From: Octopus vulgaris | Lineage: Eukaryota | Assembly (NCBI GenBank): GCA_951406725.2 | Contig: OX597833.1 | Location: 42,036,001 to 42,100,000, forward strand | DNA length: 64,000 nucleotides | Reading direction: 5' to 3' | In this document: in pieces, positions 39,015 through 52,113 of the stretch | Position numbering within the stretch: position 1 is the stretch's first letter | How the letters are laid out: each line of letters begins with the position of its first letter | Translations under genes and position numbers: made by a program | Notes under the pieces: model-generated | Seen by the model: the letters and a program-made list of their open reading frames with translations, nothing else | Database searches by the model: none | What the model was told of the DNA's origin: nothing

Positions 39015-39530
39015 GAAATCAAACTCGATTGTGAAGACCTGTTGAGGCAAGTGAAATCGAAATCAAACTTGGTGACTGGCATCCGTTGCTAGTGGAGCGC
39101 TAAGAGTACCATATGAGTGAGAGCATTGCCAGAGCAACAAGCTGGCCTTCGTGCTGATGTCACATTAAACACACCATTTGAGCATGATCGTTACCGCATC
39201 GCCTTACTAGCACTTGTGCTGGTGGCACGTGACAAAAAAACATTCGAGCGAGGTCATCGCTAGTGCCACTGGACTGAATCCTGTGCAGGTGGCACATAAA
39301 AAGCACCATTTGAGCGTGGCCGTTGCCAGTACCACCAAACTGGCCCTCGTGCCGGTGGCACGTAAAAGCACCCACTACACTCTTGGACTGGTTGGCATTA
39401 GGAAGGGCATCCAGCTGTAGAAACTCTGCCAGATCAGATTGGAATCTGATTTGCCAGACCTCAGTCAAATCGTCCAACCCATGCTAGCATGGAAAGCGGA
39501 TGTTAAATGATGATGATCATCATCATCATC
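39015..39530 (+). mobile_element. Family A retroposon, long form
   Basis: gtgaagacctgttgaggcaagtgaaatc leader, hairpin units, core and tail. Confidence 0.85.
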
Positions 39531-40030
39531 ATATGAATGCTTATTCTCTTGATAACAATCTCAAAACTGTTCTGGAGCAACAGCAAGATACTCAAATTTA
39601 ATTGGTTAATTATTATTCAAGACATTGTTGAGTTTGACTCGTCCTTCATCTCTCCTGTAGTTACACAAGAGAGTTTTATCATACAAGAACAGACAGAATA
39701 ACAAACTAGACATGAGACATTCCTACACAGCTGAATGCTGCACATACAAGATTGACCTGGAAGTTAGTGTTTCTGAGATTCTTGGAATGCAAGATTTGTT
39801 GATTTTTTGTGAAACATTTTATCAGTTATCTCTATCTTGTAGATTTGCTTGAATAGAGATTAGGCCTGTCAGGAGCCTCAGGACTCATAAAATAAGAACC
39901 CAACCCAGTTTCAATGATATATATGTGACTGAGATCACAGCACTTGCCACTGAATAGGATGCTGGTCTGTCATAGGGCTAAGGTCCTGGCTATTACTGGA
40001 ACTCATCTACTTCTGAGTGGGTTGGAGCAA

Positions 40031-40470
40031 TCATCATCATCATCATCATCATTTAATATCCGCTTTCCATGCTAGCATGGGTTGGACAGTTCAACTGGGG
40101 TCTGGAAAGCCAGATGGCTGCACCAGGCTCCAGTCTGATCTGGCAGTGTTTCTACAGCTGGATGCCCTTCCTAACGCCAACCACTCCATGAGTGTAGTGG
40201 GTGCTTTTTACGTGCCACTGGCACAGGTGCCAGACGAGGCTGGCAACGGCCATGAATGGATGGTGCTTTTTATGTGCCATGAGCATGGAGGCCAGTCGAG
40301 GCGGTGCTGGCAACGGCCACGTTCAGATGGTTCTCTTACGTGCCACCGGCACTGGTATCACAACTACAATTTCCATTGATGTTGATTGATTTCGATTTTG
40401 ATTTTCACTTGCCTCAACAGGTCTTCACAAGTAGAGTTTTGTGTCCCAAGAAGGAAAGGTATGCATAAAA
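40031..40470 (-). mobile_element. Family A retroposon
   Basis: Reverse copy with (CAT)n tail. Confidence 0.85.
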
Positions 40471-40494
40471 AAAAATATATATATATTAGTGTGT

Positions 40495-41080
40495 GTGTGA
40501 ATGAGAACAGCTGTGTGATGAAGTGTCACAACCTAACAGTAGAGGAAACCTGTGGAAGAGGTAGACCTAGGAAGACATGGGATGAGGTGGTGAAGCACGA
40601 CCTTCGAATGTTGGGCCTCACAGAGGCAATGACAAGCAATCAAGCCCTTTGGAGACATGTTGTGCTTGAGAAGACCCAGCAAGCCAAGTGAGATCGGCCA
40701 ACGCCAGTGTCACAATACTGGCCAGTTTAGAAGTACCCTTCAATTGTCGGGTGAGATGCCATGCTTGTGAAGACCTGTTGAACCGAGTGAAATTGTAGTC
40801 ATGTAGTCATGCCTGACTGGCACCTGTGTTGGTGGCATGTAAAAAGCACCATTCAAGCATGATGCCAGTGCCGCCTGACACCTGTGCTGGTGGTATGTAA
40901 AAAGCACCATTTGAGCATGGCTGATGCTAGAGCTTTCTGACTGGCACCCATGCCGGTTGGATGTAAAAAAGCACCATTCAAGTGTGAGCATTGCCAGTGC
41001 TGCCTGATCGGCACTCATATCAGTGGAATGTAAAAAGCACCATTTGAGTGTGGCCAATGCCAGTGCCACCTGACTGGCAT
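40495..41080 (+). mobile_element. RTE LINE ORF C-terminus with a 3' UTR of tandem hairpin units
   Basis: VEETCGRGRPRKTWDEVVKHDLRMLGL...LWR, then gtgaagacctgttga and about 4-5 gtaaaaagcaccatt units. Confidence 0.85.
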
Positions 41081-41179
41081 CAGAAAGTTACATTGGTTTT
41101 GCACCTATAATGCTCTTAGCAATGTTGGTGCTAAACCAATGGTAGCTGCCTGACTGGCCATAACCAATGCCTACATTAA

Positions 41180-41216
<37 letters not shown>

Positions 41217-42082
41217 CAGCAGGGTTAAATGGTTAAGAAGTTTGCATTGCCACCCCCAAGTTCTGGTTTCAATGTTATCTTAAGCAAGCGTCTTTTAAGT
41301 ATTGTCTCAGCTTGATCCAAGCCTTGTGAGTGAAATTAGGTTGAGAGAAACTGTGTAGAAGACCCTCAGATGGATTGCTCTTGTAATTCAAAAGGCTTGC
41401 TAGTTACATACTCTGCCACACTGATTCTGACTAAGGATTGCATTAATACTGCATAGGTCCACAGAATGTTCACCCATTTACACAATAATTTAAGGAGCAG
41501 ATTGTGGTGTTGGCAGTCGGTGTTATGGGAGATTGTGGTGTCGGTGGAGAGGACGACAGATGAGGTGGGTGGAAGTAGGGCTTGCAGGGGCCGGTGGAAG
41601 ACTGGAGGGCACATGTGCGGGGGGAAGCGGAAGCGGTCAAGCGGGATGCATGTGTGGCGATCGAGGAAGCGGGCAGTTCGAGCATAGACGAGGAAGCGAC
41701 AGGATGTGTCAAATTTGTAAGAGACCTCGGATCTTCACCGAGGTAAGACGTTTTTGTATTTCTTTCTCCTCCTTGTTGTCCTCCTTGTTGTCCATCCATC
41801 ACACTACACAGATAATTCAGTTGACCAAACAAATTAATCATCATTGTTGGCATCAATGGAGAACCATTTATTTATTTATTTATTATACATAACTGTGTGT
41901 AAGAAAGTGTGAGAAAGTGCACATGTGCATGTGTACATGCATATGTGTGATGTAAATACCATGGGAATATGTTGGGAATATCTCATAAGCCCCAGAGTAT
42001 TTTTTAAGAGCTGAGCTCAATCTTTGTTTCATAGTATGACATGGATAAGGAATAATTTTCTCTTGGATAAGATGTCAGTCCA

Positions 42083-42378
42083 TTCATCATCATCATCGTT
42101 TAGCGCCCGCTTTCCATGCTAGCATGGGTTGGACGGTTCAACTGGGGTCTGGGAAGCCAGAAGGCTGCACCAGGCCCAGTCTGATCTGGCAATGTTTCTA
42201 CGGCTGGATGCCAACCACTCTGTGAGTGTAGTGGGTGCTTTTTACGTGCCACCGGCACAGGTGCCAGATGAGGCTGGCAAACAGCCATGATCAGATGGTG
42301 CTTTTTATGTGCCACCGGCACGGGGGCCAGGCGAGGCTGGCAACGGCCACTAACGGATGGTGCTTTTTACGTGCCACC
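42083..42378 (-). mobile_element. Family A retroposon
   Basis: Reverse copy. Confidence 0.85.
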
Positions 42379-43149
42379 ATTGTAGATAATATTCCTAGAT
42401 AACTTAATGTGAATAATTTCAAGCTTCTACAAGCCAAATGGTCATTCTACATTAAGTAGTGCTTCTCACATTTGGACAAAATAAGATGGTCACAAAAGTG
42501 TGGACTGAGGTGTGACAGAATTAACTATTATGATTTAGGGCCATTGTAACACTACTGAAGATTTGAACATCATGTAATGTAACCATGTCAGTCTAGTGAG
42601 TTATACACTTCAAAAGTATATGACTATGACCCATGAGATGAAAGTCACACAATTATTTTAATTGAAGGTCATACTGATATTCTTGATAAAGGTTATACTG
42701 ACATGTTAGATAAAGGTCACCATGATATATTAAAGATCACTCTAGTATATTAAGTAAAAATTAGTATCAACATATTTAATTGCTAGTGTTAATATAGTTA
42801 ATGAAGGTAAGATTAAAAGAATTAATTGCAAATAAACATGTTTTGATTAAAAACAATATTAAGCAAAAAAAAAGGAAACTTTAATTATTTTCAGCAAATT
42901 AGGGAAACAACACTAGACATTTCAGTTTTCTTATGACCTTATCAGGGGAACAGCAGCTTCACTCTACTTGTCAAAGTAGATATGAATGAATCACTAGTAT
43001 ATAAGATTATACATTGGTCAGTGTAGAAAAACAGAATTGCTTAGAAAGTAATTAACTCAGAGACACCATCTGTACAAAAGAAGCAATAGTGCTGTTAGTT
43101 TTGATATATTTAAGGCATGGGGTATTATAAAGTCAATATGAAATAATTA

Positions 43150-43557
43150 GGCATAGGAGTGACTGTGTGGTAAGTAGCTTGCTTACAAACCACATGGTTC
43201 TGGGTTCAGTCCCACTGCATGGCATCTTGGGCAAGTGTCTTCTACTATAGCCTCAGGCCGACCAAAGCCTTGTGAGTGGATTTGGTAGACGGAAACTGAA
43301 AGAAGCCCATCGTATATATATATGTGTGTGTGTGTGTATGTGTGTATATGTTTGTGCGTCTGTGTTTGTCCCCCCAACATTGCTTGACAACCGATGCTGG
43401 TGTGTTTACGTCTCTGTAACTTAGCGGTTCGGCAAAAGACAGATAGAATAAGTACTAGGCTTACAAAGAAAAAGTCCTGGGGTCGATTTACTTGACTAAA
43501 GGCAGTGCTCCATGGCCACAGTCAAATGACTGAAACAAGTAAAAGAGTAAAAGAGTA
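43150..43557 (+). mobile_element. Family B SINE
   Basis: Full copy. Confidence 0.88.
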
Positions 43558-43833
43558 GAAGAAAAGAAACAAGACAAGAAACAAGATGAGTAATATTTTC
43601 AAATTTTTTTTTTATATGAAGCATGGGAAATAATTGTAGAATGTACCTACTAAAACTTAAAATATTTGTTAAATGACTTTCAAAACAAGACTTCTGCTAA
43701 CAACCAAAATATAAATGTAACTATGTGACAATATAATACCAAGGACAGGCATAATTTGGAATTATTCATAAAGAAACAGAAAAGTCATATAATGAAATGA
43801 TTTTTTTTGTTTTTGGAAATCTTGTACTGTAGA

Positions 43834-44015
43834 ATCATCATCATCATCATCATCATCGTTTAACGTCCGTTTTCCGCGCTAGCACGGGTTGGACGGTTTC
43901 GACCGGGGTCTGGGGAGCTAGGGACTGCCCCAGGCTCCAGTCTAGTCTGGCAGAGTTTCTACGGCTGGATGCCCTTCCTAACGCCAACCACTCCGCGAGT
44001 GTAGTGGGTGTTTTT
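43834..44015 (-). mobile_element. Family A retroposon, truncated and CpG-intact
   Basis: Tail and core. Confidence 0.85.
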
Positions 44016-44134
44016 TACCATATATATATTCTTTTACTTGTTTCAGGAATTTGATTATATAAAATCAAATTGATTATATAAATCCATGAAACAAAACCCC
44101 TCCCACTTTTCTTTTCTGGTAAAAAGTAGCTTAC

Positions 44135-44167
44135 GGTGGATTTGGAGGTCAGATATGTTAAATGCAC
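44135..44167 (-). CDS. Single-Ig gene, coding exon 2 (33-nt phase 1-1 micro-exon)
   Basis: Acceptor tttttatcag| and donor |gtaagc; encodes (G)AFNISDLQIH(Q); keeps frame between exons 1 and 3; carries an NIS sequon. Confidence 0.65.
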
Positions 44168-45597
44168 CTGATAAAAATTGGAAAAAGATTATTCCACACA
44201 GAGGTACGAAATATTTACCAAAAGAATAAAAGCTTGCACTGATTGTACCTGTATTTTAATTAATTCAAATTTATCTAGCTCATCTTGAAAAGTGGCAAAA
44301 TTTTTGTCGGTTGTCATCTGGGATAATTTTAGTAACAGATCAAATAGGTAAGATGCATTAAGTATTTCAATTTTAGTGTTTATCCATAATGTTCTTGCTT
44401 TTATACCTGTTAATTATATTTACCTGCCCATAAAAGTAAAATTTACTTACCAAGATCAGCTAAAATTATATAACAATAAACCAGTGGAATATAAAGCACC
44501 CACTGACAAAATTTCAAATCTGCATGTAAAAAATTTACAAAGCTTCAAGCAAATATTGTGGATACCCCTCTTGAACTTGAATAATTCAAAATAACGTGAA
44601 CAAATAAGCATTATATTTGACAGATTAATATGAACACTAAAGATGTTTTAGGTGTTGTTTTTTACACATACACATAACATGGCCTTGCTCAGTTGGGACT
44701 ACACATGTGTTACTATGACATCATCAGCCCATAAAATTTGTTTATGGGGAGAAAAATATTGTAAAATATCAATAGATGCGTGAGTGAGAAAGGAACAAGG
44801 AGGGAGGTTTTGGAATGTGCTAGAAACAGCCAGATCTTCCTTTAAATCACTCATTTTCCTCTGAAATTATCAACAGTATTTTTAAAACCGAAAATATTTC
44901 TCTCACAAGTTGTAAGTGCATAGTGTAAAAAAAAAATGGCCAAAATCGTTTCAGATTGGGGTGGTGAAGGAGTGACATGAGTGAAAAAATGTTTTTAATT
45001 TTTTTTTTGTGAAAAGATGCCTCTCATCATTCTGAAGACTATGGTAAAAAAAAAAAAAAAAACACTGGGAAGAATCCCTGTTAAAATAAAGAAATTCCAA
45101 CTTATGAGGACCGTCTGATCCAAAACTCCATTTTCCAGAAACTCCTCCCCTCCACCCCCTTCCAAAAATTTTTCCTATAAATTTCTTCGCAATCATAATC
45201 GACACTATTCGAAAATAGTATAAATTTGTATAAAATTTCATTAAAAAATACCTATTTTCCAGAGAGTTATGAGGAGGAAAATGTCAGATCCTGTGAATTT
45301 TCCGAAACTCCTCTCCCCAACCACTCGGAAAATTTTTTCCAACAAATCTTTACATACACTCAATCTACAGGATATAAGCGATTATTTGGTGAAAGTTTTG
45401 TTAAAAAGTATCCCTTTGTCTAGAAGTTATGAAGCAACAAAGTTGGTGAGGTATTAAACTGTAGTTATGCCTGTCTCAATAAAAGTTAATGCTAATGGAT
45501 TAACAAAAACTTCCATTATATTTTCAAAGAATTAACGGATTAACGAAGTTAACTTTTCGATCAACGGTGCCCACTGCTGTATATATATATATGTGTG

Positions 45598-45647
<50 letters not shown>

Positions 45648-45665
45648 TAGATGTATGCATGTATG

Positions 45666-45732
<67 letters not shown>

Positions 45733-45745
45733 GTATGTATGTATG

Positions 45746-45793
<48 letters not shown>

Positions 45794-46379
45794 AAAAGAA
45801 AATGAATATAATAACAATGGGAAACTCGTGGTTTTCGCTGGTTTGCCTTGGGCATATATATTGATATAGATTTGGGGTATATTCATGATATAGATTTTGG
45901 CCTCGGTGAAATTTAGCTAAGTAAACTTAGTGACTGCCAAAAAATCACCAAAAAAAATTTTTACTAAGCTCATTAAAGCTGTCATCACCATCGCATTACA
46001 AACGATGATAATAAAGATGATAAATAAATAATTAAATCTAATTGAAGTAATTAAGTAAGCAATCATAATGATAAAAACATTATAATAAAGAATAAAATAA
46101 AATAAAATAAAACAAATCCATTCTGGTGTTCAATGTTTCTAAAAAGCACAATTTAGTTCACTGTAAATATGTGATGTCTATGTTAGGCAATTGTAAACAG
46201 GCTTTAAGAGGTACAATAAAAATGAAAATTGTTAGATATATAATGGGCTAAATTGCATTGTAAAAAAATCAAATGGCTCAAAAAGGTGCATTTAAAAGTA
46301 AAGATTACAAAAGGACAATGAAAATAAAATAAAAATAAAATAATAATAAAGGATTGTAAATAGTCAAAGGTTTTCTTGA

Positions 46380-48660
46380 GGGTCGAAAAATGTAAAATGT
46401 ACAGGTGATATTATACAAAATGATGCCTACTTTTAGGTGGTAAAATCAAATGCAAAAGTCAAATATTATTATTATCTATATGGTATTTTATCAGATGACA
46501 TTTTATACTTTGTAGCATGTCTGCAGGAATTCAAAAGCTCCCATCTTTGGTTCAATACATATTTACCCTGGAACAGGATGAAAAGCATTTTGCTTAGGCA
46601 CAAGTTACATCTCATAGGGTGTCTATATGCTCCGTGCTTATATGGTGCAGCTTTCTCCAAGATAGTCCAGCTGATATTGAAAGGATGGGTATCATTTTCT
46701 TTATTGCTCTCCTATTTTGGGGTATCAAAATGAATTTCAATGGGAATATAATCTAGTCTTAAAGGAATTCTCTGAAACTCTTGTGTATGTTTTGTATTCT
46801 TGCAAGCCGTTAATTTGTACTTTAGACAATTTAGACGATTCCCTTCTTTAGACAAATTCTTTCTAATGGACAGCAACTTTGATTTTTACAATTGCAATTG
46901 TTTTGGTTAATATTGGCCCTGTGGTTGCTTCTAATAGTTTTGGTGTTGTGCTGATTAAAGAGGTGAAGCTCTTGCAACATAAATGGCTAATCTTAAGCAT
47001 TTGTCTATTAAAAATTCTATAGAACTTATGGTTTTCTTGGAAGTGCCTAGAAACTAGTTTTAAAAATTCTCTACCTATATTAGTTTTTATTGCAATGTTA
47101 AATGCCGGATTAAACCATAAAACTTTCCTAGATCTTGTTCTACTGGTTCTATTATTGCTAGTGCTTTGACTATACTGGATCTTCTCTGAGAGTCCACTGT
47201 TCCTTAATGCATTATTATAATACGGCATGGCATTTTGAAACACTACCACGTCAGAAGATATGGTTGATATGCACCTTCCTATATTACTAACTAAACTCTT
47301 GAGTATAACAGGTGGATGATTAGACTCTTTGCTAATATAATATAGTTTTTCATTAGGCTTATGGTAGGGTTTAAATTTATCTAATTGCAAATATAAGTTA
47401 ATATCTAAAAAGTCTACATTATTAAGGTTAGTATCTATCGTAATCCATAATCTATGGAAGTAAGTAATATGATTCTTCCTAAGTCTATCTAATTTGTGAC
47501 CATTCATATTAAAGGTGACTATAAGACCATCATCCCTGTATAATCCTGCGTCTATAAAAGGGAATTCCAGATGCAGGTGATGTAAAATATAGGCTTCTGT
47601 AAGCATACATAACTCTGCCCCATCATATGCCCCCATCAGCACATCAAATAAAGAATTCGTGCTCTTTTTGACCCAGGTGGAATCATTGTAAAAAAGGAGG
47701 GATTTCCTTGCATATAGGATAATATCAATATCCGAGCTGTCGATAGTATCGTATTGCTTCACAAAGTCTAATGCTTTAATAAATAAAGGTCTGGATATTA
47801 ATGGGTAAAAATCGACAATAATGAGCTATATAAATTTACAATTACATTTATGGCTAATTCGCTTGAACTAATCTATAACTGACTTAATATTTCCCTAAAT
47901 CCATAAATTTAATTCTCTTTTTAACTTGTTTAAAATAAAATCTAAAACACTTTTACTAATAATACCTATTTCTGTTTTAGGTGGGTTGATAAGTCTACAT
48001 TTAGGGTTTCTACTAAAATTAGCTTTATGGTCCTTAAGGATAATAAAGGGATAGTGTGATGGACAGTATTCTATCCTATCACTAACTTTAAGGTTGTTAG
48101 CGATCCATCTTGCTTCGATATTCTCCTCTTATATAAGTTCATATTATCTTTTGTAGGTGTCAATAATGCAATTCGAAAGGAGTCATTTGTAAAGATCTTT
48201 TTCAACCATGTATAAATTTCTTGTTCTATTAGAGTTATGAAAATCTTATCTGATGAATGAGATGGCGAGTAGGCTTACCATCTCATTCAGCGGATAAAAT
48301 CTTCTGTTTTTTTCAATAAGACTTTTGAGGTATTGCGTCTGCATTGGGATAGATATATTTTTTAAAGAAAAATCCAACGGGTAGAGCTCGATTTCTTCCA
48401 GCTGTTTCTTCTTCCTACTTGTGTGTAGTTACTCAAACTTTCTTAAAAAGGAGCCAGTTACACCAAAGTAAGCACATAAATGTGAAACAAGGTGGGAAAA
48501 AATAGTGCTCAAATACCGGAGGTAGAACAATATGCTTTATTATTATTAAAGCTGCAAAAACATCACAAAAATACCACAATAAACTGCTACTTAGAGTTTC
48601 ACATTCCTGGTCATCAGAAAGTTTAGACTGAGAATGGAACAAAATAAAGTTAGTATGTAT
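46380..48660 (-). mobile_element. Penelope-like retroelement, near full length, disrupted (RT plus C-terminal endonuclease)
   Basis: IVDFYP; MGAYDGAELC; GLYRDDGL; VDFLDI; KPYHKPN; SNHPP; RKVLWFNP; CNC..CPL linker; CNLCL..LNQRWELLNSCRH. Confidence 0.88.
48582..48625 (-). ncRNA. Minimal type I hammerhead ribozyme motif (Penelope-associated, degenerate stems)
   Basis: aaacttt-CTGATGA-ccaggaatgt-GAAA-ct cta ag-TA-gcagttt. Confidence 0.6.
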
Positions 48661-48870
48661 AAAATATACAATTTACATCGACAGATACACATTTGAAATT
48701 TGTTTCTTTTTATTGGTCCTTTCAACTAATGGTTTTTTTCTAATTAATGATGATAGCTTTAAAATCATATTATGTGAGATTGAAGAAAACCTTAAATCAA
48801 AAATCAAAATTTCAAAACTGACTTTAGTTAGAAGGAAAAAATGTATATGCCCAGAATGCATTAATCAATG

Positions 48871-48930
<60 letters not shown>

Positions 48931-48965
48931 TTGCCCAAGGTGCATATATATATATATATATATAT

Positions 48966-49373
48966 AGGCACAGGAGTGGCAGTGTGGTAAGTAGCTTGCT
49001 TACCAACCACATGGTTCTGGGTTCATTCCTACATGGCACCTTGGGCAAATGTCTTGTACTATAGCCTCGGGCCGACCAAAGCCTTGTGAGTGGATATGGT
49101 AGACGGAAACTGAAAGAAGCCTGTCATATATATGTATATATATATGTATGTGTGTGTATATGTTTGTGTATCTGTGTTTGTCCCCCCCAACATCGCTTGA
49201 CAACCGATGTTGGTGTATTTTTGTCCCTATAACTTAGTGGTTCAGCAAAAGTGACTGATAGAATAATAACTAGGCTTACAAAGAATAAGTGCCGGGGTCG
49301 ATTTGCTTGACTAAAGGCGGTGCTCCAGTATGGCCACAGTCAAATGACTGAAACAAGTAAAAGAGAGTAAAGA
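48966..49373 (+). mobile_element. Family B SINE; an inverted partial copy follows at about 49385-49530
   Basis: Full copy with head and tail. Confidence 0.88.
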
Positions 49374-49579
49374 GATATATACACAACACACTTCTTTCAT
49401 TTTTTGTCTACCAAATCCACTCACAAGGCTTTGGTCAGCTTGAGGCTATAGTAGAAGACACTTGCCCAAGGTGACATGCAATGGGACTGAACCTGAAACC
49501 ATGTAGTTGGGAAGCAAGATTCTTATCAACTGGAATGTAGCTACCTTTCGCAATACTATTCCCCTACATCAAGGGGGCT

Positions 49580-49830
49580 TTGTTTTGTCCTGCAAGGTAC
49601 TTGGTGACCCTGTCCATGATGGTGCTATGAAAAAGCACCCAGTACATTCTGTAAAGCGGTTAGCATTTTGGCATTAGGGAGGGAATCTGATCACAGAAAC
49701 CATGCTAAAACAGATAACAGACAACAGAGTTTGACGCAGCCCTCTGGTTTGCCAGCTCTTCTCAAACCGTCCAACCCATGCCAGCATAGAAAACGGACAT
49801 TAAATAATGATGATGATGAATATGACGATG
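49580..49830 (+). mobile_element. Family A retroposon, diverged
   Basis: aaaaagcaccc..ccgtccaacccatgccagcat..GAT tail. Confidence 0.7.
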
Positions 49831-50448
49831 ATGATGCTGCTGCTGCTGTTGCCGCTGCAACTGCTGTAGCCGTTGCCCCCCCCCCCCCCTCCCGATGCTG
49901 CCATCGTCACCACTGCCGCCACCAACTCCGACCACAACGGCGATATTTTATCTTTCATATAATAAGGAACTTGATTTCTGATGAAAATAAGTTTGAAGAT
50001 AATTGTGCTTCAGAACTTTTGACAAGTAAAACTTTACATTCGTAATTATGTATCAGTTAATCTGAACCCCATTTCCTTGTCTTCTACTCTAAAATGAAAC
50101 AGACAAGACGGAATTTTAAAAATGCCATAGTTTATCATCTAAATACCATCAGGTATACATTGTTTAAAAGCTTTCCACCCAGCTAATCTGCACTTTTTTC
50201 ACCTTTTATTTTATTCAACTTTTTCGTTTTTTCAATATTACTGTCTGCTCTAATCCCTCACCTTAACTCCAGGCATTTCAACACCTTTTCAATAATCGGG
50301 TCGACTGCTGTAGCTTAACAATTCAGTTACCTAAAAACCCAATCACACCCTGTATGAGAGAGAGAATGGGGAGAGAGAGAGAGAGAAAAGAGGGGAAAAT
50401 AAAGTGAGGGAAGGAATAGACAGACAAGACAGATAGACAGACACAGAC

Positions 50449-50530
<82 letters not shown>

Positions 50531-50626
50531 ATAGATAGGAAGACAGGCGAACAGACACAGATAGATAGAAAGATAGATAGAAAGATAGATAGAAAGATAG
50601 ATAGAAAGATAGGTAGATAGATAGAT

Positions 50627-51874
50627 ATGTTTCTTTATTAGCCACACAGGGCTGCACACAGATAGAACAAATTACAAGGTAGAGCTTTTCTTTTGAAGGT
50701 TAAAAAAAAAAAAAAAAAAAAAAAAAAGGAAGGGGAGTTTCGATCAAAAGGGATCGTAAAAGGAGAGAAAGAGGACAAAAAAAGGGGGTTAAAAAAAAGG
50801 GGGAGAGGAAAAAAAAATTGATCAATAGGGATCGTTATCACAGAAATGTCAATATGAAGTGTAAAGGGGAGGACAGGTGAGGTTTACCCGTGGAAAGAAA
50901 AGCCTACGGAAAAGACCACGGTAACCTCGGTCAATGAAGTCACATTTTATATTTCTTTTTTTTTTTTTTGCAAATAAGCAACTCTCTGTTTTCGATTTCT
51001 GGGTTCATAGGACTATGCTCAAGGTGGCTTCGTCATTCATACGTGCCATTCTTGCTACATTCACCCATCTTTTTTTAAACATTCGCTAGACAAAACTTGC
51101 CTCTCTACTCTCACTTTCCTTTTCAAGTGGTACTTGAAGAAGTTGATGAGAGATTGACCAGAGAGGAAAGTGTTTGTCTCCAATCCTTTCAGACGCGTCC
51201 ACCAGATACATTCTTTCGCCATAGCCACAAGGATGATGAAAATAGCTCTTCCTTCCCATTTGAAGGAAGGAGGCGTGACAATATTGACGATAGACTCAGC
51301 TGATAAACCGACTCGTCCCACACGTGACAGCAGTTGTTCGACATAAGCCCACAGGTCGGAAATTGTTGGACACTGAACGAGTGCGTGCAGAACGGTTTCG
51401 TCGCTCTGACCGCATCTCGGGCAGGTCGGCCCCGTGTTTCTCGAGCCGTGTCTGTAGAGCTTATCCCGAACGGGTAGCGCTTCTCGGTAGCACTGCCAGG
51501 CCAGGGATCTCTGGAAGTTGTCCATGGGCCCTGGCCCGAAAGTCGTCCTGAACAGGCGGGTCAGGTACTCCTCGTCGACGTCCAGGTTCGCCCCGAGCTC
51601 GTTGTCGTACCTCCCCTCCACTAAACCCCTATAGAATGCTTTGGTTGTGTTGAAGTCACTTAAGGTCGACCCAGGACGGCAGAGTTGCTTGAGAGCAACG
51701 CGACACTCGCGGTGCCATTCGCCCTTCCTCGGCCTCTTTTTGATCCACGACTGCAGTTCGGTCATGGAGACGAGCTGCGGGAAAGCGTGCCTCACAAACG
51801 GCGACCACACCTGTTCACCGTCGTCTACATAGAGCCAGAGATGCCGCAGTCTCAGCGCGTGAGACTGCGGCATC
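50627..51874 (-). mobile_element. Tx1/L1-clade LINE, 5'-truncated and young, inserted in (GATA)n
   Basis: Open ORF2 C-terminus with zf-RVT-type AWQCYREALP..CPRCGQSDETVLHALVQC; CpG-rich; T-rich 3' UTR ending aataaagaaac; (AGAT)n on both flanks. Confidence 0.88.

Positions 51875-52113
<239 letters not shown>

Noticed and set aside
41470-41856. Mucin-like exon of the Ig gene
   Set aside because: No phase 1-1 splice sites; the nearest good acceptor leads into stop codons.
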